Below are positions 50,282-59,385 of a stretch of 64,000 nt of DNA, piece by piece. Below the pieces are notes generated by a model. It was not told where the DNA came from. It saw only the letters and a program-made list of their open reading frames with translations, and ran no database searches. This DNA is from Chlamydiales bacterium (GTDB lineage Bacteria > Chlamydiota > Chlamydiia > Chlamydiales > JBDQID01): assembly GCA_047611865.1 (NCBI GenBank), contig JBLFWS010000001.1, positions 1 to 64,000 on the forward strand, given 5' to 3'. The number at the start of each line of letters is the position of its first letter. The first letter of the stretch is position 1. Made by a program: the position numbers and the translations under genes.

Positions 50282-50492
50282 CGCCCTTCTCCTTTTCACT
50301 TATACTTTCTTCATCCTTCATCATTTGATACTTTGGCTCCTCGTCCATATCCAAACGCCCCTTCCGCCACAAGTAAACGAAAACCAGTAAAGCACTACCC
50401 ACAAAGGCTATTACCATAGAATAGTGCATTACCTCACCACAAACACCACCCCCATCAAGAGGAGTCGAATTAGCAAGCATTTTAAAAGTCAT
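50274..50492 (-). CDS. CcoS/FixS-like small membrane protein
   Basis: TM followed by YLWRKGRLDMDEEPKYQM; exact start uncertain. Confidence 0.6.
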   Translation of the reverse strand: MTFKMLANSTPLDGGGVCGEVMHYSMVIAFVGSALLVFVYLWRKGRLDMDEEPKYQMMKDEESISEKEKGDV

Positions 50493-50505
50493 TTGCACGA
50501 TACGT

Positions 50506-51789
50506 CTATGCCCCCCGGCTCCTGCCTTCAATAATGTCAATCGTACGAACAGGGTCCTTTCCGAGCCACCATGCCTGAGTCGGAGGGGTAATTCTTGTGC
50601 CCTTCGTCATCAAATACTGAAACATCGCCTCAAACTGATAGTTTGGCACCCCAAACGGACTTTTTGAAGTACCCCGAGGGTCTTCATCAAAAAAGTGATG
50701 GAAGGCCGGCATAATAGATCCAGGGCTTTCCGTTTTGGGAGACCAAAAATGTGATTTATGCCAGTCCCGGCTTTGCCGCTTTACCCCAACGCGAGATAAA
50801 TCAGGCCCAATCCGTCTAGTTCCTGGAAAGCTTATATTTTGGTAGATATATTCATTCGGTGAGGATGGAGGAGCAGGAAATGAATCAGAACCATTATGAA
50901 TCGTATCCTGAATTAGTGTACGCGTTTGGTCAGTATGACAATACCAGCATCCTTCCGCAGCAAAGATCCCTTCACCCATCTGAATTAATTCTTTTCGAGA
51001 CAAGAAGCTCAACTTTTCACCTTTCAATTCCTCAAGTCCGTTAATTGAATTTCCATATTTGTCATATTTCCAGCCCTCTTGATTGCCCATCCGAAAATGA
51101 CTAATATGATACTCCTGAGGATTGCTAACGTACAAGACACCTAAGTCTTTGTGATAGTCCTGGCGAACACCCGCATCAATAATTTTGTAGTTCTCATCGA
51201 CCCAGTTTTCTGTAATCCCATCACTGTCATAGATCGCAAACGCTTCTTTCATTCCCGGGTCGTAGAGCTCAAGAATATGAAAAAAAGGCTTACGCTCTCC
51301 TTTGTCTTTCCAGCTAGGATGATGCTGCTCCCAATCAATTTGCAGCTCCTGCTGCAATTTTTCTGCCTCAGTAACTGGGTTATAACTTAGATCTTTCCCA
51401 TTATCCTGAGGATCTCTAAGTAATAGCAAACGAGAACTTAACTTAATTTCTTTCTCTCCCAATTTGGTAATAAAGCGTCTCAATTCTCTTGGGGCCACTA
51501 TTCGAGTAGTTTCTGTCTCTGAAAAATTCAGCAAATCATTATCTTCACGAAGGTGGTATACAGCCTGAATATCCCCACTACCAGTTTGCGCGGTACTAAT
51601 GTAGACGTTCGGGTCTGAGATTTCATACATCTGCTTTTGGTAGACACTGGAAGGCTTTGTCCAGTTTGGATCTACATACCTCGGAGCAATCACTGTCACT
51701 GCTACTGCTGAAGAAAAAAGGAGAACAACTCCAATTACTGTAAGCACGGCAGAGCTCTCTACCTTTCCCATAAATCCATTAGTACTCAT
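50506..51789 (-). CDS. ccoO: cbb3-type cytochrome c oxidase subunit II (CcoO-like) with large insertion
   Basis: N-terminal TM; G..IF.AEGCWYCHTDQTR, GTRRIGPDLSRVG, WH..HF..P....PGSIMP. Confidence 0.85.
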   Translation of the reverse strand: MSTNGFMGKVESSAVLTVIGVVLLFSSAVAVTVIAPRYVDPNWTKPSSVYQKQMYEISDPNVYISTAQTGSGDIQAVYHLREDNDLLNFSETETTRIVAPRELRRFITKLGEKEIKLSSRLLLLRDPQDNGKDLSYNPVTEAEKLQQELQIDWEQHHPSWKDKGERKPFFHILELYDPGMKEAFAIYDSDGITENWVDENYKIIDAGVRQDYHKDLGVLYVSNPQEYHISHFRMGNQEGWKYDKYGNSINGLEELKGEKLSFLSRKELIQMGEGIFAAEGCWYCHTDQTRTLIQDTIHNGSDSFPAPPSSPNEYIYQNISFPGTRRIGPDLSRVGVKRQSRDWHKSHFWSPKTESPGSIMPAFHHFFDEDPRGTSKSPFGVPNYQFEAMFQYLMTKGTRITPPTQAWWLGKDPVRTIDIIEGRSRGA

Positions 51790-53219
51790 GCTTCTCCGCC
51801 AAGATCTGATTTTTTCATATCCTTTTTCGGATCAAGGATAATGGTATTAAACATATTGACTGCAAACAAAATATTACCCAATAAGATAAGAACCCCTGCT
51901 AAGCCTCTCAAAACCCACCAAACTCTGGACATCTCAATAGTTTGCAGAAATGACAACTGACTGATGTTGTTGTGGAATTCAGCGTAGCTACTCCCATTTG
52001 CCCAAGAAGCCCATTGCATTCCCTGCAAGTAACCTCCAATCCACAAAGCACTAAACATCAACAAAGATCCAGCAAGATTTAGAGTAAAGTGCCAATTAGA
52101 AAGTCTTTCAGACCAAATGGGCTTTTTTGTCATCACATGAACAGAGTGATAAACCCCAGCAATAGCAAAGTATGTAAAAGCTCCGTAGAGGGCCATATGT
52201 GCGTGTCCAATAATCCAATCTGTCTTTGACGTTATTTCATTGACGTTACGCAATGATTGTAAGGGTCCCTGTATACATGTTAGGAGATAAAAGAGCGTTC
52301 CCATCATCAAAAAACGGATCGGAGCACTTTGAGTGTACAAACCCCAATGTCCCTTAAGGGTCATGAAAAAGTTTGCAATTACTGTCCAAACTGGAATAAA
52401 TAACCATATAGAGAAAATAATAGCCACTGTTTGGAGCCACTGTGAAATAGGCCCATGAATAATATGGTGGGCACCTACCCATGCGTAAGTCAACGCTATT
52501 GTCCAAAATCCAATCATAGAAAGTCTGTGACTATATATGGGAACCTTAGCAATTCGTGGGAGAAAGTAATATGCCGCAGCAACACCCATGGGTGTAAATA
52601 TTAAGCCCACAAGGTTGTGTACATAGAAAAATGAAGCATTCACTTTTGATATACCCCCTGGAAGAAATTCCAGGCCAAAATTCCCTATTACAAAAGTAAA
52701 AGTCGTCCAGACCAAGGATCCCATCGTATACCAGAGCGATACATACATCTTCTTAAACTTTCTGTCTGCGATGGTCATGAAAATATTCACGGAAAAAGTA
52801 AGCCAAGCTACGGTAAATATAGCTTTTACCGGTATCCACCCACCAAGCATCATAGGAAGCTCTGCATATTCCCAACCATAGTTTGTCCCAAAGGGAAATG
52901 AGTACACTCCCACTACCAAAGAAAACCACCAAAGAGCACAGGTATAGTTCGCAAGTTTTGTGCTCCATAAGGGTGTTCCACAAAGCCTGGGAACGAAAAA
53001 ATATATTAGTCCAGCGTCTACTGATAGAAGCCACAGTAACGTCACATGACCTACATGTACCGGCCTAAGCCGACCAAAGTGAACATACTCACCTCTGAAA
53101 TAATCAGGAAAAACAAAGCCATTAAAAGAAATGAATACACCCATACTCAAGCCTATCACCAAAAAGATGATGGCAGGATAAATCATTTGCTTTGCAGCCC
53201 TGTCATTAAATTCAATCAT
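51786..53219 (-). CDS. ccoN: cbb3-type (family C) heme-copper oxidase subunit I
   Basis: FGRLRPVH, EYAELP, YVHNLVG, YAWVGAHH (helix VII Tyr plus CuB His pair), DWIIGHAH. Confidence 0.9.
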   Translation of the reverse strand: MIEFNDRAAKQMIYPAIIFLVIGLSMGVFISFNGFVFPDYFRGEYVHFGRLRPVHVGHVTLLWLLSVDAGLIYFFVPRLCGTPLWSTKLANYTCALWWFSLVVGVYSFPFGTNYGWEYAELPMMLGGWIPVKAIFTVAWLTFSVNIFMTIADRKFKKMYVSLWYTMGSLVWTTFTFVIGNFGLEFLPGGISKVNASFFYVHNLVGLIFTPMGVAAAYYFLPRIAKVPIYSHRLSMIGFWTIALTYAWVGAHHIIHGPISQWLQTVAIIFSIWLFIPVWTVIANFFMTLKGHWGLYTQSAPIRFLMMGTLFYLLTCIQGPLQSLRNVNEITSKTDWIIGHAHMALYGAFTYFAIAGVYHSVHVMTKKPIWSERLSNWHFTLNLAGSLLMFSALWIGGYLQGMQWASWANGSSYAEFHNNISQLSFLQTIEMSRVWWVLRGLAGVLILLGNILFAVNMFNTIILDPKKDMKKSDLGGEA

Positions 53220-53229
53220 TTGGAACCCC

Positions 53230-56200
53230 TCAAGATCTATCGCTCACAAAAGTCGCAATCTTTTCTTTGTAGTTTTCATATATCTCCGCTTGCTTTGAAC
53301 GAGACTGAGCTGCTAAACGCATCTGTGAAAGCAGTACAGCTTTCATGCCCTTCATTGCTTCAAGCCGCTCTCCAACCTTAGCCAATTCATCACTTCGCTC
53401 AAGAGAGGGTAACTTCCCTCTTAATCTATCCACTTTCCTCTGATTCACATCCACCTGATGATCGAGATCGCGAACAATTTCCTGAGCCTTATTCTGCATA
53501 AAGCGCTCTCGATAAGGATCTTTTTCCATTAGCAAGTCGCCGTTGAGCCTCGTATACCGACCTTTGTTTAAAGCAATGATTTCAAATAATTTCGTGATGA
53601 TTTTTTCATCTGCCTTTTTTGCTATAAATCGCAAGCCAATTTCCGAGTAAAACTTTTGTTCATCGTCGAATTCATCCTTTAAATTCAAGAGAATAGCATC
53701 TACTTCTTTTCGCTTCTTCAAATGATCCATAACTACCAGCTCTTTAGAATAGGACCGAGCAGCTTCTTCTAAAGTAATTGTTCCCTCTTGGGATTTTTCA
53801 TAATTGTCTTGTCTTGCCCGAAGGGCCCGCTTGTATTCCCCCTGCAAAACATTCAGTTTTTTACCTTCAATGTTTCGGGTGTCAGAAATAGCTCTTCCTG
53901 TAGTTTCAAACGCATTAAAAAGAACACTCACCATGTCTTCCCGGTGTTTCTTTTCAACACTCAGACTTCGAATAAACATCACCAACTGAATTCTCTGCAG
54001 TGTATTTGTCTTGTCACCCCACGGGGTCATGGCTGTGCCAGGAACCCCGTATTTAATGGAACGGAGAAGGCGCAAATCATCCCTTGTTTTCAACCAGGGA
54101 AGATTTGTTAGCATGCGGGGCTTGGCCTCCTCCATCGTAGCCGAACGAGGTCCATCTCCAGCTGCTTCCTTTCCATGACAGTGACTACAGTTAGCAAGAA
54201 ACAAGCTCCCACCTTCAGAAATATTTTTCTCTGTATAATACTTCTGCTTTATGAAGAACTCCTTTTCTTCAACTCCCTCAACGGCATCCTTCACATCGAA
54301 AACCTCATCTACTTCCGGGGCTTTCCCTATTTTTTTTTCTTCTGACTTAAAAAACTTTGTGGCTAATAAAAAATTAGGAATAAAGCCTGAGCTCAGTACT
54401 TCACTCATAGAATCATCAACTTTATCTTCTGTCTCACCCTGTAAAACATCTTTTTCTTCATACAGCTCTTTCAAGACATCTTCAGGTGTGTATTTCCATT
54501 TTTCAACATCATTCTCGGACTTAATGACGTGCGCTCCAGGTAAAGACTGAAACAACCAGTCTACAATACGTTCTATTTCTGATTCTTTTAAAAGGGCCGA
54601 GCTATCTCCCAGCTCTGCCGCTGCTGCGGTTTCCCCCCATGGTGGCATGGGGGTGCCCTGAACACCGTGGGTAATTGAATTCACAGCTCTTTCCCGAGTT
54701 AAATTTCTCAAGAAAGTAGCATCTCGAAGATTCTTAGGAATAGGATATATCCATTGAGATACCGTCCCCTTACCGTGAAAATGCTCGCCATGACACTGCA
54801 TACAGTGCCACTCATAAGCCATCGCGGGGTCGAAGCCTCGCTCGTCCCAAATTTCCCGTAAGCTATCTCTATTCTGCTTGCCAAGCACCCGAAGCATATT
54901 TGTCAAAGCATAAAACTTACTTTCATCCAGCGGCATTACAGGCATTATTGATCTTGCTGTATAAGCTGATGGGTTTCGGAAGTGACCTATAAGCCATTCG
55001 TTATCACGATATACACCAGACCAATGCAATCGTGGGGCAATATCTCTACCTAGACCATATTCTTGAATGTACATCATGAACACGCGCTGAACGAGATCTT
55101 TGTAATGTTCATGCTCTTCTAATATTCGGCTTCTTTCAGTAGAGCTTTCCGCTTTTGCGATTAACTGCTCATAATGGTGATTCTTTGCTCTCATTGCATA
55201 TTTGAAAGGGCTATAAAATGAGCTCAAAATCTTTGGAGTCTTTTCCTCAATCTTTTCCAGTATTGAAGACTCACGAACATTTTGAACAATCCGCTTATCA
55301 ATCTCCTGACCCTTTTGGTCAATCATATCGACAATTCGCGAACCAATAAGATCTTCTGGAAACAGCCGGTAGAACCACTGTCGTTCTTTAAATACTTCCT
55401 TAAAAGAAGCCTCTTCTTTCTCTACTCGATAACCAACATTAGACTCAAAACCTTTCAGCCTATGACATGAAGCACAACCCTCATTAGTGTATATGTCCAT
55501 AGCCACTTCCACATCATTCCACTCTGAAACGGGTAGAGGTTTTTCCCAAGCGCGCTTCTTTCCCCCAGCCCACTCCTTGAGAGAAACTTGTGTCAACACT
55601 TCAGAAGTTGTCTTGTCTTCCTTTCTTTGTGCCATCAGAAAGGCTAATAAATCTTCCACTTCCTCATGATCGAGCTTAAAGTTTGGCATTGTTGAAGTTT
55701 TCAAATTCGATTGAGGCCAAACAATTGCCTCTTTGACATACCAAGGATACATCTGTCCAATTTCTGAAAGATCCGGACCCACCTGCCCCCTGGATAAGCC
55801 GCCAATTTTGTGGCAAGCATAACAGGCTGTACTCATGTAAAGCTGCTGTCCTCGAAAGTAACTACCCATTGCATCTTCTGCATCCGACCTTAGGCCATGT
55901 ACTAACTCTTGATCCAATATCGCTGTTTCCAGGGGCGCCTTCACCCTATCCATAAGCTGAATAACCTCACCAGCTTCTTCCATCGCAGCCATTTTAGCAA
56001 AAATACTTCCTGAAATACCCTTTCCATTTGAAACATGTCGAGAGAGAAAACCCAAAAGGGTCTCAGTAGGACTTGAAGCCAACGCTCTGGCTTCTGCCTC
56101 CAACTTTCTCAAATAGATTTCTGAACCCAGAATTTTGGAAATTTCACCATTTATCGCATTTAATACCGCTTCGTCGTCTACATATTTGTCGGTTTTTTGT

Positions 56201-57333
56201 AGGTAGTCCTGAACTCCTGACAAAAGGCTTATTCGAAAAGCAAGAGCTCGCTGCTCCCCTTCACCAAGAGAAATGTCTTGCAATTCCTCACTCATCATCT
56301 CAAGAGTTCTACGGGAGCCTATGTTTTCCAATGAATCTTTTATCTCCAACAAGGCAAATAGCGCCTTTTGGTCGTTAGCAACCCCTTGCCCTATAGCTTC
56401 AGCTTGTTTTTCCTTACGTGTTGTCACAGCTTCAACTGTTGTATACGCCTGTTGAAGCTCTTCTCCACCTGATTGGTGACACTGCGCACACTTTGCCTGC
56501 ATCAATCCGGAAACATAGAGGGGTGTTGTTTGAAAAAGCAGGTGATGTCCCGGCCTGCCATTAAACACTCTGGCCATTGCAGGATCGTTTTCTTCATCAT
56601 TCTCAGTGAAAACTATTTTATGCCCCTCTGAAGACTCTTCATAGGTTCCATCATAAACCGGCCCATGGGCCCTTCCGGATGTAATAGATCGCCCATTACC
56701 ATTGTGACAAACAACACAACCAATTTCATCAGAGGAATGATACTCAAAAGGACGCTCTTCTCTACCAATCAGTGGGTGCATAGCAAGAGCTTTGGTCATA
56801 TCCAGGGAATGCCCATGCTCTTCAATAGATTTCAAATGACTCAGACGTTCAGCCTCATCCAGGCGCCGCTGAATTTCTTCTTCTTCACCATTTTCTCTAA
56901 GCTGTTCTATAAGCTTTTTATCCGTGAGTGACGCTACCTTAGTATCAAGAAGCTTCCATACGTACTCTTCATTTTCGATTTGTACAGGACGGCCATTCTC
57001 TCCGATAATCATGTTGCCATTTATATCATAAGCTATTTTTGTAGGAGAAAAATGACTCAACTTTAAAGCTACATGACATGTGGTACAGCGATCTATAGTT
57101 TCCGGACCTTTGTCTTCCTTGGGGATAACAATCTGTTTAATTCCCAATTTAAAATCAGGGGCCCGTTCACCCGTATGAGTTGAGCGAAATTCCTCAAGAT
57201 CTACATAAGTATTTTGATAGATCTTATATTCGGGAAACATCTCATAGTAGACGAAAACCCCAAATAATAATGCCGATACCACTGATAGAGAAATCAGTAT
57301 TATTTGGTAAATGTCAGCCCGATCAAAACGCAT
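53230..57333 (-). CDS. membrane-anchored multiheme cytochrome c (7 CxxCH)
   Basis: N-terminal TM; CTTCH, CVVCH, CAQCH, CYACH, CASCH, CMQCH, CSHCH. Confidence 0.9.
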   Translation of the reverse strand: MRFDRADIYQIILISLSVVSALLFGVFVYYEMFPEYKIYQNTYVDLEEFRSTHTGERAPDFKLGIKQIVIPKEDKGPETIDRCTTCHVALKLSHFSPTKIAYDINGNMIIGENGRPVQIENEEYVWKLLDTKVASLTDKKLIEQLRENGEEEEIQRRLDEAERLSHLKSIEEHGHSLDMTKALAMHPLIGREERPFEYHSSDEIGCVVCHNGNGRSITSGRAHGPVYDGTYEESSEGHKIVFTENDEENDPAMARVFNGRPGHHLLFQTTPLYVSGLMQAKCAQCHQSGGEELQQAYTTVEAVTTRKEKQAEAIGQGVANDQKALFALLEIKDSLENIGSRRTLEMMSEELQDISLGEGEQRALAFRISLLSGVQDYLQKTDKYVDDEAVLNAINGEISKILGSEIYLRKLEAEARALASSPTETLLGFLSRHVSNGKGISGSIFAKMAAMEEAGEVIQLMDRVKAPLETAILDQELVHGLRSDAEDAMGSYFRGQQLYMSTACYACHKIGGLSRGQVGPDLSEIGQMYPWYVKEAIVWPQSNLKTSTMPNFKLDHEEVEDLLAFLMAQRKEDKTTSEVLTQVSLKEWAGGKKRAWEKPLPVSEWNDVEVAMDIYTNEGCASCHRLKGFESNVGYRVEKEEASFKEVFKERQWFYRLFPEDLIGSRIVDMIDQKGQEIDKRIVQNVRESSILEKIEEKTPKILSSFYSPFKYAMRAKNHHYEQLIAKAESSTERSRILEEHEHYKDLVQRVFMMYIQEYGLGRDIAPRLHWSGVYRDNEWLIGHFRNPSAYTARSIMPVMPLDESKFYALTNMLRVLGKQNRDSLREIWDERGFDPAMAYEWHCMQCHGEHFHGKGTVSQWIYPIPKNLRDATFLRNLTRERAVNSITHGVQGTPMPPWGETAAAAELGDSSALLKESEIERIVDWLFQSLPGAHVIKSENDVEKWKYTPEDVLKELYEEKDVLQGETEDKVDDSMSEVLSSGFIPNFLLATKFFKSEEKKIGKAPEVDEVFDVKDAVEGVEEKEFFIKQKYYTEKNISEGGSLFLANCSHCHGKEAAGDGPRSATMEEAKPRMLTNLPWLKTRDDLRLLRSIKYGVPGTAMTPWGDKTNTLQRIQLVMFIRSLSVEKKHREDMVSVLFNAFETTGRAISDTRNIEGKKLNVLQGEYKRALRARQDNYEKSQEGTITLEEAARSYSKELVVMDHLKKRKEVDAILLNLKDEFDDEQKFYSEIGLRFIAKKADEKIITKLFEIIALNKGRYTRLNGDLLMEKDPYRERFMQNKAQEIVRDLDHQVDVNQRKVDRLRGKLPSLERSDELAKVGERLEAMKGMKAVLLSQMRLAAQSRSKQAEIYENYKEKIATFVSDRS

Positions 57334-57348
57334 TATCGTCTCCCACCA

Positions 57349-58674
57349 TTAGTGTCTTGCAAAGTTCTCCGTCCATGGCCAAATCCATCCCCAGTTTGCC
57401 CCTCTGAAGTACGTTCCAATTATTACCAGGATTCCCTGTGTCGTCATAAAAAACGTGTACAAAAATATCGCCATATATCGGCTGCGGTGATACCACACGC
57501 CTGATCCATAGGGATTTCTATCAAGATAAGGGACTACCATAAGCCCCACAACAATTAACCCTGGTATTCCTACACCACCCCAGAAAGCACTATAAGCAAC
57601 CATCTCTTGAAGACCCAGAAAATACCACGGAGCCTTTGAGGGATTGGGGGGTTTTGTTGCGTTCGCCGCCTCTTCCAATGGTGCATCTATAAATGATAAA
57701 ATCATGATCAAAACTACGGTAAACATAAATGCAATTAACTCGGCACGAAGAAGGTGCGGCCAAGTAAATATGTAGTTATATGGTCCCCTATCAACAGTGG
57801 GACACGTCCCTCTAACAAGCTCCATTAAGCCGTAGGTTCTGCGAACCCCCGGCGCAAAAGTCTCCTTAGTATCCGATCTTTGTACAACACGATAGGGTTC
57901 TGGTGAAACTTTGTCCGGAGGACGCGCCAAGCCACCATCTTTTCTAATACGCCAGAAGTGTACTCCTATTAAAATCCCCGCGGCAAGGGGGAGCACCATC
58001 ACGTGAAGTACGTAAAATCGTATGAGTGCATCTTGTCCAACGCTGGTGGACGCAATAAGCATAATACGGTTAATGTTGTGTTCCATTCCGGGTATTCCCG
58101 GAGCATAGCCAGCAATTTCAGATCCTACAGTTACCGCCCAAAATGCCAGCTGATCCCAAGGAAGAAGGTATCCAGTAAAAGACAGCAGGAGGGTAAGCAC
58201 CATTAGAATCACGCCAATTACCCAGTTAAATCTTCTTTCTCCTTTATAGGAACCCATATAGAAGACACGCGACATATGGAGAAAGACGAACAACACCATC
58301 ATGTGTGCACCCCAGCGGTGCAAATTACGAAACATCTGAGCGAAAGGCGTCACATCCTGCCAGTCTTTCATAATGTCGTAAGCCCTGTCTTCTGCAGGCA
58401 CATAATAAAACATAAGCACCACACCAGTGATCACCAGTGTAATAAACAGGCTCATCGTAATGGAGCCGAGACCCAAAGTCTTGAAAAAATCCGTTGTGCT
58501 TTTGTGACATTTCACCGGGTGAATATGAAGGAAGAAGTTCTTAAAAACAATTTCTGATCGGTCAACATCATTGTTGGGATAACCATGACGAAAGATGGAA
58601 CGTACCACTAGTTTAGGAAGGTTCTCTAGGTACTCCAACCAGGTCTCTCTCTTTTCCCCTTTAAAAACTGCCAT
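57349..58674 (-). CDS. cytochrome b (fused b6 plus subunit IV) of a Rieske/cyt b complex
   Basis: RNLHRWGAH, FLHMSRVF, NWVIG, TGYLLPWDQ, RFYVLH, GVHF; Qo motif KAPWYF. Confidence 0.92.
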   Translation of the reverse strand: MAVFKGEKRETWLEYLENLPKLVVRSIFRHGYPNNDVDRSEIVFKNFFLHIHPVKCHKSTTDFFKTLGLGSITMSLFITLVITGVVLMFYYVPAEDRAYDIMKDWQDVTPFAQMFRNLHRWGAHMMVLFVFLHMSRVFYMGSYKGERRFNWVIGVILMVLTLLLSFTGYLLPWDQLAFWAVTVGSEIAGYAPGIPGMEHNINRIMLIASTSVGQDALIRFYVLHVMVLPLAAGILIGVHFWRIRKDGGLARPPDKVSPEPYRVVQRSDTKETFAPGVRRTYGLMELVRGTCPTVDRGPYNYIFTWPHLLRAELIAFMFTVVLIMILSFIDAPLEEAANATKPPNPSKAPWYFLGLQEMVAYSAFWGGVGIPGLIVVGLMVVPYLDRNPYGSGVWYHRSRYMAIFLYTFFMTTQGILVIIGTYFRGANWGWIWPWTENFARH

Positions 58675-58712
58675 GTGCTTACGCTCTCCTCAAAACATCT
58701 TCATTGTGCTGT

Positions 58713-59228
58713 CTAAACATACCATGCAACCTGTGGATCGTGTATTAGTTTTGTTTTATCTGCCAGAAGTTCTCCTGACGCTCCTTTTGAAACATTAAAA
58801 TATACCAATGGGCTAGGAGCAGGCCCTCCCGTATTAAAGCCATTCCGATCATATGTTGATCCGTGACATGGACATTGATATCCTGTTTCTACAGCGTTAA
58901 CAGTGCAGCCCAAGTGAGTACAAACTGCCGTTTGAACACGTACTTTTCCAGAAACCACCTCAACAAAACACTTGAACTTCTCCAGAAAAACCTTTCCCTC
59001 TGTTGCCAGAACATCCTCTGGCCTTCCAATTGAAAAAACGCTAGGCGGAATTTTCAGAGCGTTAGGGTAAAGAAAACCCATAAGCGCAACACTCACAGCT
59101 CCTCCAACACCCATACACACACCCGTTCCCATCAAGGCAAGAAAAGTCCTTCTTGTAATTTTTGGGTCATTGCTCTTAGGATCCACGTTTAATGAATTTC
59201 GAAACCTAGGCATAACACCCTCCTTCAT
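58713..59228 (-). CDS. Rieske [2Fe-2S] protein
   Basis: Tat motif TRRTFL, CTHLGC, CPCHGS, GPAP.PL. Confidence 0.93.
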   Translation of the reverse strand: MKEGVMPRFRNSLNVDPKSNDPKITRRTFLALMGTGVCMGVGGAVSVALMGFLYPNALKIPPSVFSIGRPEDVLATEGKVFLEKFKCFVEVVSGKVRVQTAVCTHLGCTVNAVETGYQCPCHGSTYDRNGFNTGGPAPSPLVYFNVSKGASGELLADKTKLIHDPQVAWYV

Positions 59229-59368
59229 TCTCCATTTTGTTCCTCATCACGAAACATCTGGTATTTAACATCTTCCAAATCATCGAACTGCCCTTTTTTC
59301 CAAAAATAGACAAAGACTCCAGTCGCCGCTAACCCACCAATTAATGTCGCTGCAAGATATACTACCAC
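59225..59368 (-). CDS. ccoS: CcoS/FixS-like 47-aa membrane protein (absent from the ORF track)
   Basis: GTG start 7 nt after AAGGGG; (M)VVYLAATLIGGLAATGVFVYFWKKGQFDDLEDVKYQMFRDEEQNGE; GQFDDL motif; stop overlaps the Rieske ORF ATG. Confidence 0.8.
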   Translation of the reverse strand: MVVYLAATLIGGLAATGVFVYFWKKGQFDDLEDVKYQMFRDEEQNGE

Positions 59369-59385
59369 TCCATCGCCCCTTCATA

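Noticed and set aside
51786..53219. Nitric oxide reductase instead of an O2 reductase
   Set aside because: It has the family C helix VII Tyr and HN.VG motif, lacks the NOR HLWVEG glutamate, and sits beside ccoO and ccoS-like genes
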